A stretch of DNA of 33,721 nucleotides, taken from the IMG/VR virus record IMGVR_UViG_3300031811_000004, positions 1 to 33,721 of that record; one strand, given 5' to 3'. The position numbers and the translations under genes are program-made. This DNA comes from a virus (Duplodnaviria > Caudoviricetes). The notes beneath the pieces are model-generated. The model saw only the letters and a program-made list of their open reading frames with translations. It searched no databases and was not told the origin of the DNA. Below, piece by piece: positions 8,885-19,700 of this stretch. Every line of letters starts with the position of its first letter. The stretch's first letter is position 1.

Positions 8885-9135
8885 AATTAGAAGTACCAGA
8901 TTTAACATGGGATTTATTATTAAAAATCTTATTTGTTGTTGGAACAATAACTATAGGTGGGTTTGAGATAAAACACCAGTTTGAAATAATGAAGCTAGAT
9001 ATTGCTAATAACAAGGAAATGATGATAGAATTAATGTCAAAGCATGAAGCTGAAGAAAATGCAAAAATTGAAAAACTTAGTGAAGAGCTAAAGTGGTATC
9101 AACGGCTCGGAAAAAACGGAAAAAAGGCAAGGTAA
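8881..9135 (+). CDS. Membrane-anchored coiled-coil protein
   Basis: ATGA overlap; hydrophobic LLKILFVVGTITIGGF followed by a heptad-rich helix. Confidence 0.55.
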   Translation: MKLEVPDLTWDLLLKILFVVGTITIGGFEIKHQFEIMKLDIANNKEMMIELMSKHEAEENAKIEKLSEELKWYQRLGKNGKKAR

Positions 9136-9139
9136 TATT

Positions 9140-9937
9140 ATGAGTTGGGTAAAAGACACATATAATAAATTAAGTGGCGCAAGTCTAAAGGAAAATGTCG
9201 GACAGTTAGGAGATAGATACGACGAAGCATATGGCGATGTAAGTGCTGGGTATGACAAGCTTAGTGGTTATGCGTCTGAAATGATGAACCCTATGTCTTC
9301 TCAGAATCTTAGGATGAAGAGCATAATGGGAGAAGGTTTATCTGATGATGTTGCAGAACAATCTAGGCTAGCTGGTAGGAACATAGCAATGGGAGGGGGA
9401 GGTAACGCTACTTCTACTGCCTTTAATGCCGCAGATGCTCAGAACAATGCTACCGCTGATACTATGTCTTCGTTTAATAAGTACTTACAAGGCAATATGA
9501 ATCAAGGTGCTGGGATGCTCTCAGGTGTTTTAGCCAACCAAGGACAGCTTGCTGGTAATAAATTTAATATGCAAGAGAACCAAAGACAGACTAACAAGCA
9601 GTTAGATAGAGCTTCTACACAGTTTGGCGTTAACCTGTTTAGTCAGGGTGCACAGATGGTTGCTGGCATGCCACCTACTGGAATGGCGCAAGGCGGAGAA
9701 GTTGAGGCTTCATATGGTGGACGCCCTGATTCATCACAACAACTTAATCAAGATGCGATGCATCATGAAGGTAGCCCTTTCCCATCTCTAAACGATGAAG
9801 CTCAGGTGGCTTCAAGAATCCTTGCAAGCGGAATGGCTGAAGGTGGAGAAGTAGGGCCGGGGATGCTTAGTCAAATTATGGGCCCAAATGGCCCAATAGG
9901 AATAAAGACTCGCATGGGAGGTGAAACCATTGGCTGA
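9140..9937 (+). CDS. Putative internal virion/DNA pilot (ejection) protein
   Basis: Helical composition rich in Gly/Ala/Gln/Met/Asn with no Cys; two GMAxGGEV motifs; position after tail genes. Confidence 0.55.
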   Translation: MSWVKDTYNKLSGASLKENVGQLGDRYDEAYGDVSAGYDKLSGYASEMMNPMSSQNLRMKSIMGEGLSDDVAEQSRLAGRNIAMGGGGNATSTAFNAADAQNNATADTMSSFNKYLQGNMNQGAGMLSGVLANQGQLAGNKFNMQENQRQTNKQLDRASTQFGVNLFSQGAQMVAGMPPTGMAQGGEVEASYGGRPDSSQQLNQDAMHHEGSPFPSLNDEAQVASRILASGMAEGGEVGPGMLSQIMGPNGPIGIKTRMGGETIG

Positions 9938-12341
9938 ACAAGATAGCCCGTATCCGGGTGACATAGTAGAAGCAAGATTAGAGCCGGGAGAGTTCGTCTT
10001 GAATAAGAATTTAGTAGAAGCTGTAGGTGTTGAGAACCTAGAAGAAATGAATAATTCAGTACCTAGATTCAGTCAGTCTGCTCACAGAATGGGTAGAGCC
10101 AGAGGTATGGCAGAAGGTGGTGATGTAGCTGATTCTAGAAGGAAAGTTGATAGAGCTACACGTGCATACGTTGGGGGAACGACAACTAAAGGGTCTAGTC
10201 CTTCTGATAAGTTTTCCGAAGTACGTAAAATGCATGGTACGGCTGAAAGTTTCACAGCGTTCTTAGATGATATGAAAAAAGGTCGTTTGCGTGACCAGAT
10301 AGCGGCACGTGGTAGACAAGCCGTTAAGATAGAGAAAGAGAAAGATAGAAAGTTTAGACAGAGCGAAAGAAACTACAGATTTGAATCAGATAGGTTTAGG
10401 AGAGCAGAACCCGGTGACATTATGGGTGACTATATGAAGAAGAAGGAACTCTCAGATTCTGTAGGTTGGAGAGACTATGCTAAGAGTAAGGGTCAAAATC
10501 TGTATTTACCTAGAAATGTACATGCTGGTGATACGACTCAACTTGGCTCAAACATGAGGCAAGAAGCTCATGCTAAAGCAAATGATTTTGAGACTCTAGC
10601 ACAGAGTCAGCTTGATAGAATGCGAACTGGTAGAGGATTAGCCAAACGTGAAGGCGAACTTGACGCTGAACATGAAGCTCGTATGAAAGTTACTATGATG
10701 AATCCTGCTAAGAAAATTGTAACTCATCCCGGTGGAGTATCTACGGCTGAAGACTTACATATGCAGAAAATGAGCAACCTTGGTTTAGAAGGTTGGGAAA
10801 CTGGTAAGCCTAGAGATATAGTACAACGTCAGTTAGCCACTCCAATAGGTCAAGAAGGTAGCGGTGATGCCCTAGCAGAGTATGCTAAGAGTATGTTTGG
10901 TAGCAAGAAAGACCCCCAAGGTAGAGAAGCTATCATAGATAAGGCTAACAAACTTAAAGGCCTTGTAAGGTCACAAACTGATGCACTTAGGGAAAATTCT
11001 TCTGAAGGAGCAGATTATCGAGAATGGGTCAGAGGAGACGAACCAACAGAGCCACCTGCAGAAGTAAAAGGTGGCGCAGAATTTGCTGAAAGCAAAATAG
11101 ATGAAGCAATGAATTATGCCTTACAAGGCTATCAATCTCCTGCAGAAGCCGCTCGTAGTAAGGTTCAAGAAGCTGGCACTAAAGGACTAAAGGAAAAACT
11201 TATGAATTATGGACAAGCAAAAGCTGGAGGTCTAAAGAAATCTTTATCGACCTTTGCTGGTAGCCTATTATATGGACAATCAGGTGGGTATGTACCTCAT
11301 ATGGCAGAAGGTGGTTTCCTCGGTAAGCTAAAATCTGGACTAGCAGGAATGAAGAAACGAGCTGGTGCTACAGATTACCATATGAACCAAGCAGGGGCAG
11401 ACGCCGCTACTATTGATTCTGGAGTACAAGAATGGGCTGGTGCTACAGAGGGAGAAGGTTCGGTAGGAGAATTTGGTGGAATAGGAGAAGCCGATTTCAA
11501 CGAACTGAATAAAGGGTTTAACAAGGGCGATGAAGGATGGCAGACCTCAGACGATGTAGCCGCAAGTATTAAGGCTCAGTTTGCTGAAGGAGATGCTCCT
11601 GATATGGAATTAGGTTCTCCTGATGTACAACATAAAGTTGGTGCTGGAAGAGCAATGGCTGAAAAGGTGTCTCCACTCTTACAAGCAGGTGCAAAGCTTG
11701 GTGGACAGGGACTAGGATTAGCAGGTAAAGCTATAGCAGGAGGAGCTGGCATGATTGGACAAGGGTTCCAAGCGGCAAAGAAGGACTTTCAAGGCGAAGG
11801 AAGTAAGATAAAGAAAGCGGCTGGATTCTTAGGGGCTTTAACTGGAGAGATGGCTTCACCCGGTATGCTACAACAACAACGTATGCTTAAAGAACTTGGT
11901 ATGTTAAATAAAGGTACTGGTTCTAAACCACCAGAGCTAGATGAAGTCTCCGTAGCACCTAAGACTGCTCAAACCGGCCCAATACAAGGCCCACAAGTTG
12001 ATGTACCTTATAATCAAGGAACTTATTCACAGATGCAAGCCGCACAAGCGGATGATATGACGGAAGAGTTTGAGCGTAGAGAGGCCGCTCACAAGGCTGG
12101 ACTTGAAGACCCCAGTATAGAACAAGGAGAAGAAGGTTCGTTTCAGGAGAACAGTATGATGAATAGATTTATGGATACTGGAAAAAGCATCTGGGACATG
12201 GTTAGTGGAAGACAGGCAGTAGAGGGTCAGCAAAGAGGCGGCTATATTCCTCAATACCAATCTGGTGGGTATGTAACACCACACAATAACACAAGAAGAC
12301 TATTAAATCAAGCGAGGAACCGTTATGGCAGAAATAGCTAG
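9921..12341 (+). CDS. Putative internal virion/ejection (cargo) protein
   Basis: N-terminal D.V.ARLEPGEFVLNK..VEAVG.ENL..MN motif; several MAEGG/QSGGY motifs; Gly/Ala-rich with no Cys. The likely start is TTG 9930, 7 nt after GGAGGT. Confidence 0.6.
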   Translation: MKPLAEQDSPYPGDIVEARLEPGEFVLNKNLVEAVGVENLEEMNNSVPRFSQSAHRMGRARGMAEGGDVADSRRKVDRATRAYVGGTTTKGSSPSDKFSEVRKMHGTAESFTAFLDDMKKGRLRDQIAARGRQAVKIEKEKDRKFRQSERNYRFESDRFRRAEPGDIMGDYMKKKELSDSVGWRDYAKSKGQNLYLPRNVHAGDTTQLGSNMRQEAHAKANDFETLAQSQLDRMRTGRGLAKREGELDAEHEARMKVTMMNPAKKIVTHPGGVSTAEDLHMQKMSNLGLEGWETGKPRDIVQRQLATPIGQEGSGDALAEYAKSMFGSKKDPQGREAIIDKANKLKGLVRSQTDALRENSSEGADYREWVRGDEPTEPPAEVKGGAEFAESKIDEAMNYALQGYQSPAEAARSKVQEAGTKGLKEKLMNYGQAKAGGLKKSLSTFAGSLLYGQSGGYVPHMAEGGFLGKLKSGLAGMKKRAGATDYHMNQAGADAATIDSGVQEWAGATEGEGSVGEFGGIGEADFNELNKGFNKGDEGWQTSDDVAASIKAQFAEGDAPDMELGSPDVQHKVGAGRAMAEKVSPLLQAGAKLGGQGLGLAGKAIAGGAGMIGQGFQAAKKDFQGEGSKIKKAAGFLGALTGEMASPGMLQQQRMLKELGMLNKGTGSKPPELDEVSVAPKTAQTGPIQGPQVDVPYNQGTYSQMQAAQADDMTEEFERREAAHKAGLEDPSIEQGEEGSFQENSMMNRFMDTGKSIWDMVSGRQAVEGQQRGGYIPQYQSGGYVTPHNNTRRLLNQARNRYGRNS

Positions 12342-13743
12342 GCTCAATCTGAGCGCACCCGTGTTCGACCCATCGAGGTCGTTACGAGGTGAATCCGCCC
12401 TACCAACAAGTGAACGAATACGTAGAGGTAGGCAAGACGCACTTAACAATGCTTTAAAAATGTATCAGATAAAGGGTGCGAAGTATCAGATGGAGCAAGT
12501 AGAGTCTCTAAGGAAGTCTGATGAATTTCTTGCTAAAAATGCAAGCAACTTATTTAATTATAAAGCTGACCCGATGAACCCAGAATCATGGAAGTTCACT
12601 AAGCCGGGTGCTCGTGCGGAGTTCTACAAACAATGGAAACAAGAAGTCGGTGGGAACTGGCAAGGCTTTCAAGCAGCTTACGGAGCTGCAAAACAAGCTG
12701 AATCTGAAGCTATGCAGAAGAGAATCTTAAACGAAAGGTTTAAGTATCGTACTGAAGGTGAGTATAAAAGAGCATTTAGCAGTAAGATGAATTCTCTAAG
12801 CGAAGGAGAACGAAACCAGTTATTCACACATGCTACCCCAGAATTATATTCAATGTTACAACAAACCTATGTAACTAAAGACGCATCTGCTTGGGAAGCT
12901 CAAGATTTACTTGACCCACTAGTAGGTGGTGGCTGGATGGAAAGAGATACAGCAGAAGCTATTGACGACAATCTTGGTAAGATTGGATTAGGAGCGGCTG
13001 GTGTTGTTGGAGTAGGAGTAGCTCTAAGGAAAGGTAGACCTAAGAAAGCTTGGGATGCGGCAAAGAAGTTGTTTGGTGGAAAAGCTGGTCAAGAAACTGC
13101 AGAGACTGCTTCTAAGTGGAGAACTGGTACTCAGATGGAGATGTTTGGTGGTACAATACCATCTAATAAAGTTGGTACTGTTGTTAAAGACGTACAGACC
13201 AAGGTAAAGCTTGGTGAACTTACTGGTGGAGAAGGTAAACAGTTAGAGTTAGCCTTCAAGAATGTGTCTAGAAAGAATGGCGGTGACGTACCTGCTAAAG
13301 AAGTTGCTGAAGAACTGGCTAAAAGTAAAACTGGTCAAAGTATCCTTAAGAAGATTGGCGGAGGTCTCGGTATAATGGGGCTGACTGTAGGCGGAGCTGG
13401 TGCAGGAGGTAAAGCTGGCGAAGTAATAGGAGAGACTGACCCAAGTGGAAGAAGTAAAGGTGCTGAAATAGGTGCTTTAGCTGGTGCTCAACTTCTACCC
13501 GGAATGTTTATGACTATGAAAAGTGCCTTAGATAAGAAGGGTGCTAGTTGGGTTATGAAGAAGGTTGTATCCAGAGGAGGGCCAGCGTTAGCGGCTAGAA
13601 CAATAGCTAAAGTTGGACTAGGTTCTATAGGAGGACTATTCTCTGGTGGAACAGCATCACTACTTGCGGCAGGTTGGTTAGCGGCTGATATAGCGTTAAT
13701 ATATAATATCCTGAAAGAGGAAGAAGACAAAGGAGTAATATAG
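12325..13743 (+). CDS. Putative ejection protein with Gly/Ala-rich membrane-inserting segments
   Basis: SD GAGG. Hydrophobic Gly-zipper stretches (IGLGAAGVVGVGVAL; VGLGSIGGLFSGGTASLLAAGWLAADIALIY). Directly upstream of the giant protein. Confidence 0.55.
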   Translation: MAEIARLNLSAPVFDPSRSLRGESALPTSERIRRGRQDALNNALKMYQIKGAKYQMEQVESLRKSDEFLAKNASNLFNYKADPMNPESWKFTKPGARAEFYKQWKQEVGGNWQGFQAAYGAAKQAESEAMQKRILNERFKYRTEGEYKRAFSSKMNSLSEGERNQLFTHATPELYSMLQQTYVTKDASAWEAQDLLDPLVGGGWMERDTAEAIDDNLGKIGLGAAGVVGVGVALRKGRPKKAWDAAKKLFGGKAGQETAETASKWRTGTQMEMFGGTIPSNKVGTVVKDVQTKVKLGELTGGEGKQLELAFKNVSRKNGGDVPAKEVAEELAKSKTGQSILKKIGGGLGIMGLTVGGAGAGGKAGEVIGETDPSGRSKGAEIGALAGAQLLPGMFMTMKSALDKKGASWVMKKVVSRGGPALAARTIAKVGLGSIGGLFSGGTASLLAAGWLAADIALIYNILKEEEDKGVI

Positions 13744-16700
13744 ATGGCGTCAGTTCCACCTAAAGAGTGGGAGCCATCGTTCGACCAAGGAGCAATACGG
13801 GAAGCGATAGGTAAATATACTCTTAATCCTGAGATGTTCGATGATGAACAGGTAAAGGAACTAGAGACACACGCATCTCATTACAGAGTGCCGTTTGCAC
13901 GGTCTGCACAAGACCAAGAAGCCTTCCTTACTAAAGTAATAACAAACCTCGGTAAGGGGTTTATTGAAGGTTTCACTACAATACCTACTGAGAAAATGGG
14001 TGGTGAACACCCTACTGACACAGTAGAGGGTATATCAAGAAACTTAGGGCATTTAGCAGGGTTTGTTGGGTATGTACCCGGAGCAAGGTGGATACCGGCT
14101 CTAAGGGTGCTTAGAGGGCGTAGTATCCCTATGGCTGGAGCCACAGCCGTTCAAAAAAGATTAGGTAAGGTGTTTAAACCTGCTATGCAAGAAGCTGGGC
14201 CTTGGGCTCAGAAGTTTGCAAAGGGTACTGTACTATCTGATATGGCTGGCGGTGCTTTCCATCTTGGGACAGCAAGTGCTATATCAAGTTGGACTGAGGG
14301 TATAGATGCTATGGTAGAGAGTGCTGGATTTGGAGCAACCTTTGGAGCTGTCTTTAGAGGCATTGGTAATATGCCCGGATTTGGTAAGCGTTTGAGTGCA
14401 ACACAACTGAATCAAACATCTGGAGCCCCAGTACTAAGTAAACTAAGTGGTGGTCAGAAGCTAGACCTTAGCTTGAGAACATTGGCTGGTAGTATGTTCC
14501 AAGGATTACCATCTAGTATGCAGGGTGCAACTACAGAAGAACAGGTATATGCCTATCTAATGGGTGCTTTCTTTGGATTCAAAGAGACTCCGCTGTCTAC
14601 GAGAACCTCAAGAGAATTCTTACATAAATTTATGAAAGACAAGGAGGGTGACCTACCAGAAGACCATCCAGAGTTCAAGAATTATACCCCTGAGATGCAA
14701 GAAATAATTAAAAATGACTTCCAATATTGGTTCGGCCCAGAAGAAACTAGGTCTTTAGCCTTTAAATTAGCTAAAGAAGGCGGTATCACTATGGAGGATT
14801 TAGAGGTAGAAGCTAAAAAGCTTGGTGTAGAAGTCGCTGAAGACCCAGTAACACAAGAAATGTTCTTAGCTCCTACTAAGAGTATGTTAGAAGAACTGAA
14901 GGCACGACGAATAGGAGAAGGAGCTTCAGAAGACCAGCATGACATTGATATGCATGCTCATTACGAAGATTTTCGTACTAAAGGTGCTTCGGTATATGGT
15001 TTTGTAGAGAGAGAAGCTAGTCCAGCATGGGTAGACGGTAAACCTGCTGACGTAAAGAAGCTTCAAGTATCACTTGAAGTCTGGGAGAAGTGGAAATCAT
15101 TACACAAGACTAAAAAAGGTGACATAGAAAGACCTGTGCCCGGAGCTAGTGAAGAGATGGTAAGATTCTTCTCTCAGAAGTACGGAGTAAACTTTACAAA
15201 GGAACAAGCTGGTTGGTGGAGAGCGTTCTCTGAACAGAATCGTAAGAAAGAAAGGGTTCGTCATCTTACTATGGTAGATGGTCAGCCAGAGTATTTACCT
15301 GTGCACGGTATAAATAAAGCTGGTAACCAGAAGAAGATATGGTTTGAGCCACCACTTATTCAAAGAATGTTTGAAAAGATGCTCAATTTACCACAAGAGC
15401 AACTAAAACCATTCTACACTATGTACGAACACCTCATTGTAGACGGTAAAGAAATGAATTTGAGTGAGGCTCGTGATACATATTTTGAAGCGGCTAAGAA
15501 AAGAATCCAGAAACAGGCGGCTGACCGTTCAGAAAAGATTATGGGTGATGAGTTAAAAGAGATGGCAGAGAGAGCGGCTGATAGACAGGTTGCAACTCAA
15601 CTGTCTCGACTTATTGATTTTGCTGATAAAGAGAACTATTACTACATAGGTGGTAAGGGTGATAACAAAAGAATGTACTTTGTACAGTATCATCCTAAGA
15701 TGAGGGGTGATATAAAATCACTTAATGCAAGAATAAAAGAATTAAAGCGAGCATATGCACGTGCCCCAAAAGAAGTTAGGATGCAACCTGCTGAGTTTGA
15801 TAAAGCTATGGCCATTGGTCTGAAGAACTTTAAAAACTATATGTATTTTGAAGGTAAAGGTGGTGGAACAGATGCGGCGTTAAGGTACAAGAAAGCGTTT
15901 GTATCTAATATGATGTATGATTTGACATGGAATGGCGTTGATGTCCCTATGGATAAACCGCTTGATATGCGTGCTATTCTAAAAGATGGTTACCTAAATG
16001 CATCTAGGACTCCAGCGAAGGCTTATAATAAGCGTGCACAAATATGGTTTAACACAGGCTTAACTGCTAATCAAAACTACATAAAGAATTTAGTAAAGGA
16101 TACTATAGACGGTAGGGCGTTTAGGTATATTGCATTCAAAGATGCTAAGAATCCTGCGGAAGTTCCTGTTGGATTACAAGCACAACTCAACACAGAAGCA
16201 ACAGATGGTGGCCCAATGGCTAGGCGAGATGTCATAGATGCATTGAATACTGACAAGGGGCTACCTACTTCTGGTGGAACGAATAAATCATTTATTGTTT
16301 CTTCTCCCGATATAAAGTTAATGGAAGGAGAGAAGGGTTTAGGAGCTGTTCTTGGTAAGTACATGTTTCATACACCATCTAAGGCTATCGAGGAGTGGAT
16401 GCATCAGGAAAAGATACATATGATATTTCCTGAGTCAGCTTTAAAACAGGTTGGTGGGCGTAAGGTTATTCCATTTAATGTCTGGAACAGCACTGCAGAA
16501 GTTAATATTGCTGAGTATGGATATAGATTGCCTATACATAATATTAGGACAATCATGTCTGAAATTACATCTAACAAATCAATTAAGAGCCAGAGGATGC
16601 CTAAGCAGATGTTCTCTACACTCAGCTTGTTTGGTTATAGAGATATAGACGGTGCAACAGCTAAAGACATGATAACCTCTCTTATGGGTAGAACTTCTAG

Positions 16701-19700
16701 AGGTGTTCCTGAGGTAAATGGTTTCTTAAAAGAATATAAAAGTACTTTAGACCCAGTGTTAGAGAATAAACTTATAGAAAGATTGGATGAACTATCGGTC
16801 ACTAGTCTTCTAGATATAATGCGTGACCCAGAACACAGTGCCTTTGCTCAAAAAGCTTATAAAAAGATTCTTAGACTTAATCAAGAAGTCGTTTCTGAAA
16901 TGGTTGAAGAAGGTGAGTACAGTAGACAAGAAGCTATGGAAGAAGCCAAGGTTAATATGGAGTTCCAAGGTGTCTTAGACAGGCTCACTAATTTATATCC
17001 AGAAGGTAATGTCGGAGCTTATTTGCATAAATGGATGAAGGGCTACCGTATGGTTGCTATGAGAAACTATATAGTAAATAGTATGTCAAAGCCTAAGATA
17101 GCCAATGCCGCTTCCGCTAGAATGAGGCCAATAGATGCTGGTATGCGTGAAGAAATAAAGAACATGGATGATAAAACATTCTTTCTTGGTGATAGTCATG
17201 GGGACAAGTATTTAGAAGACCCTATCCTGCAGAACGGTGGTGGTAAGTTAAAGGATATATATTATGAATGGAAGGAAGGTAAAAAAGGTGCGTATCGAGA
17301 CCATCAAGAAGAAGTTGCTCAAATCATGGAAGCTGTGGTTCTTCGTGTTCCTATGGATTCTCCTTCAGGAGCCCATGTACTAAAGTTTGGTGGTTTCACT
17401 GGCATAAAGGATTATGGAATCATTACACATGGTAGGACAATGAGAGCATTAGGTGGTGCAGACCTTGATGGAGACAAGGCTCATATACTTTATGGTGGGG
17501 AAGGTGGCCTTAAGCCAGAGTGGAAAGAGATGTATAGGGCTCAGAGAAATGAATATATAAAGGGTGAAAAGGGTTCTGAAGTTGAAATGCATAACAAGAA
17601 TGAAATTGACCCTCAAAATGGCATGACCTACAGACAGCAACTTATAATGAACGACCCAGAGGTAATGAAACAAGCTGAAGCTCCACAGACTTACTATGAC
17701 CCTTATTGGAGATACTTTATGAGCGAAGGGGCGCATACTGGACGTGACTCTTTAAAGAGAGCAGTCGTTGGTAGGTCTAAGATTATAGGTGCTTATAATG
17801 CTATTCGTGCTACTGAAAAGCCTCAGACATGGTGGATGACGTTAAAAGTTGAGAATAAGAAAGGCGACTTAGAAGATGTTAGCGTCAGGGCTAGGATTAC
17901 TCAAGACGCTTATTATGTACCATATGTTTTTAACAAAAGAACTGTAAAGATGGCAGTGTTTAGGGTTAAAAAGGGAGAAGAGGATTTAGAAAGATTTAGA
18001 AATATGGCTAGGACTGCTACTGCCCTTGGTTCAGACCCTATGGATGAAGCAGGATTAATACCACCTGCTGAGATGACCAAGAAGATGCTTGATTCATTGT
18101 TTTCATATGAGATTCATAACTATGACACCAAGACTCATGGCAACTTTAAGAACGAAGGCCTGACGGCAGAAACTGATGGTAAGCACAATATAAGATTTCG
18201 TGGACTACATAGTTCATTCGGTGATATCAATAACTTATTATATGGTCATAACTGGAATACAGGTCGTCGTCATAGCTATGCTGATATAGCCAAGGGTATG
18301 TATAAGCTTGATTTCTTACCTGAGAATTCTAGGAATACATTTCTTCCACAATTAGCTGAGCAACTTAAAGGTTTAAATTGGAGTGATAATATATTTAGAC
18401 GTGTAGATTTTGATGTTTTGGAGAAAATGTATCTTGAGAACAATGAGGCTGTACAGGGTAAGGAATGGTTAAGAGATATATTAAATAGAAAAAGCATTGG
18501 TACTCCTTGGGCAGTCTTAGTTGGAGAAGTAAGGAAAAGAAAACTTTGGGACGCTGATGTCAGGAAGAGGTATGTTGATGATAATGAGCTGTGGAAAGAA
18601 ATATACAAGATTTCATATGCAACGAATAAAGATGGTGAAAAATTATTTACATTAGGTAATCCTAATCTACCAAGTGAAGTGTGGAATATCTATGGTCAGA
18701 AGCCAGACAACCTCAACTTTAGAAAAGCTTGGTTAGATGCTGTAGCTTATAAAGCTGAAGATTTTGTTATCAATGACTTGAGTGACATGACTACTATAAA
18801 AAGGCTTACAGATATAGTTGAAAAAGGAAACTTTCTTCCCTCTAGGGTAGCTGAGATTCATAGCTTAACTGAATTTGTCAAGAACCAGCATGCCATGAGG
18901 AGTAAGCAAAGGAAAGAAATACCAGTTGATGTACAAGAAACTATTTACGATGATAAATCTTATGGAGATGCTAGGTCAGCTAAGACTGACCAGCTAGGAA
19001 TAGACTCAATAGTTAGGCGACACAAAGGCAACATGAATGCTGGCGAGAAAGAGCTGTATGATACTTTGTTACTTGGTACTTTTCAGAAGAGTAATCTGAA
19101 TAAGATAGCAGAGCTTCAACAACTTGATAACCCAAGTAAAGACCAAGAATTAATGCTTGGGCACTTAGAGAAAGCGGCTAATAATACGAGTCTTGTACAA
19201 GTTGGGTTAAGTAGCAGTGCTGTAAGTGATGTAAGTGTAAAGAAGTTCTTTGATGAATATGATAAGCTATGGAAAAAGGCATTTGAAAAGCCGTCAAAGG
19301 AAGATGTTGAGCTTATTGATGGCGTATTTCATAAGAAGAAGAAGACAAAGCTCCTTGGTGATGATGGTAAGATTGTAGAAGGTAGTATCATAGAAGAATC
19401 TGACCTCGATATAGGTACTAGGAAGTATCTAGATGAAATACATCCATTTGTTGGCTTACATAAGGGTAAGGTAAAAGACCCAGAGCTAAAAGAAGCCTAC
19501 TATGAAATCAAAGATGCTCTTAAAAATATGCACAACTCTGATGCTATGAACTTAAACTTCTTATTTAGGACTATTACTGGTAAGAACCTGAATAAAGCTA
19601 ATAAGATGGACATACTTGACTTCTCTAGGTACTTAAAGCATTTAAATACTCCTTCATTTTGGCGACGTTCTTGGGATTTTATGACAGGTAAGAGTGATGA

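Noticed and set aside
13741-13746. In-frame TAG-ATG junction suggesting amber readthrough or a crAss-like TAG=Gln code
   Set aside because: Long ORFs are intact under the standard code, TAG stops fall at gene boundaries (often TAGTG overlaps), and ATG 13744 has its own SD.
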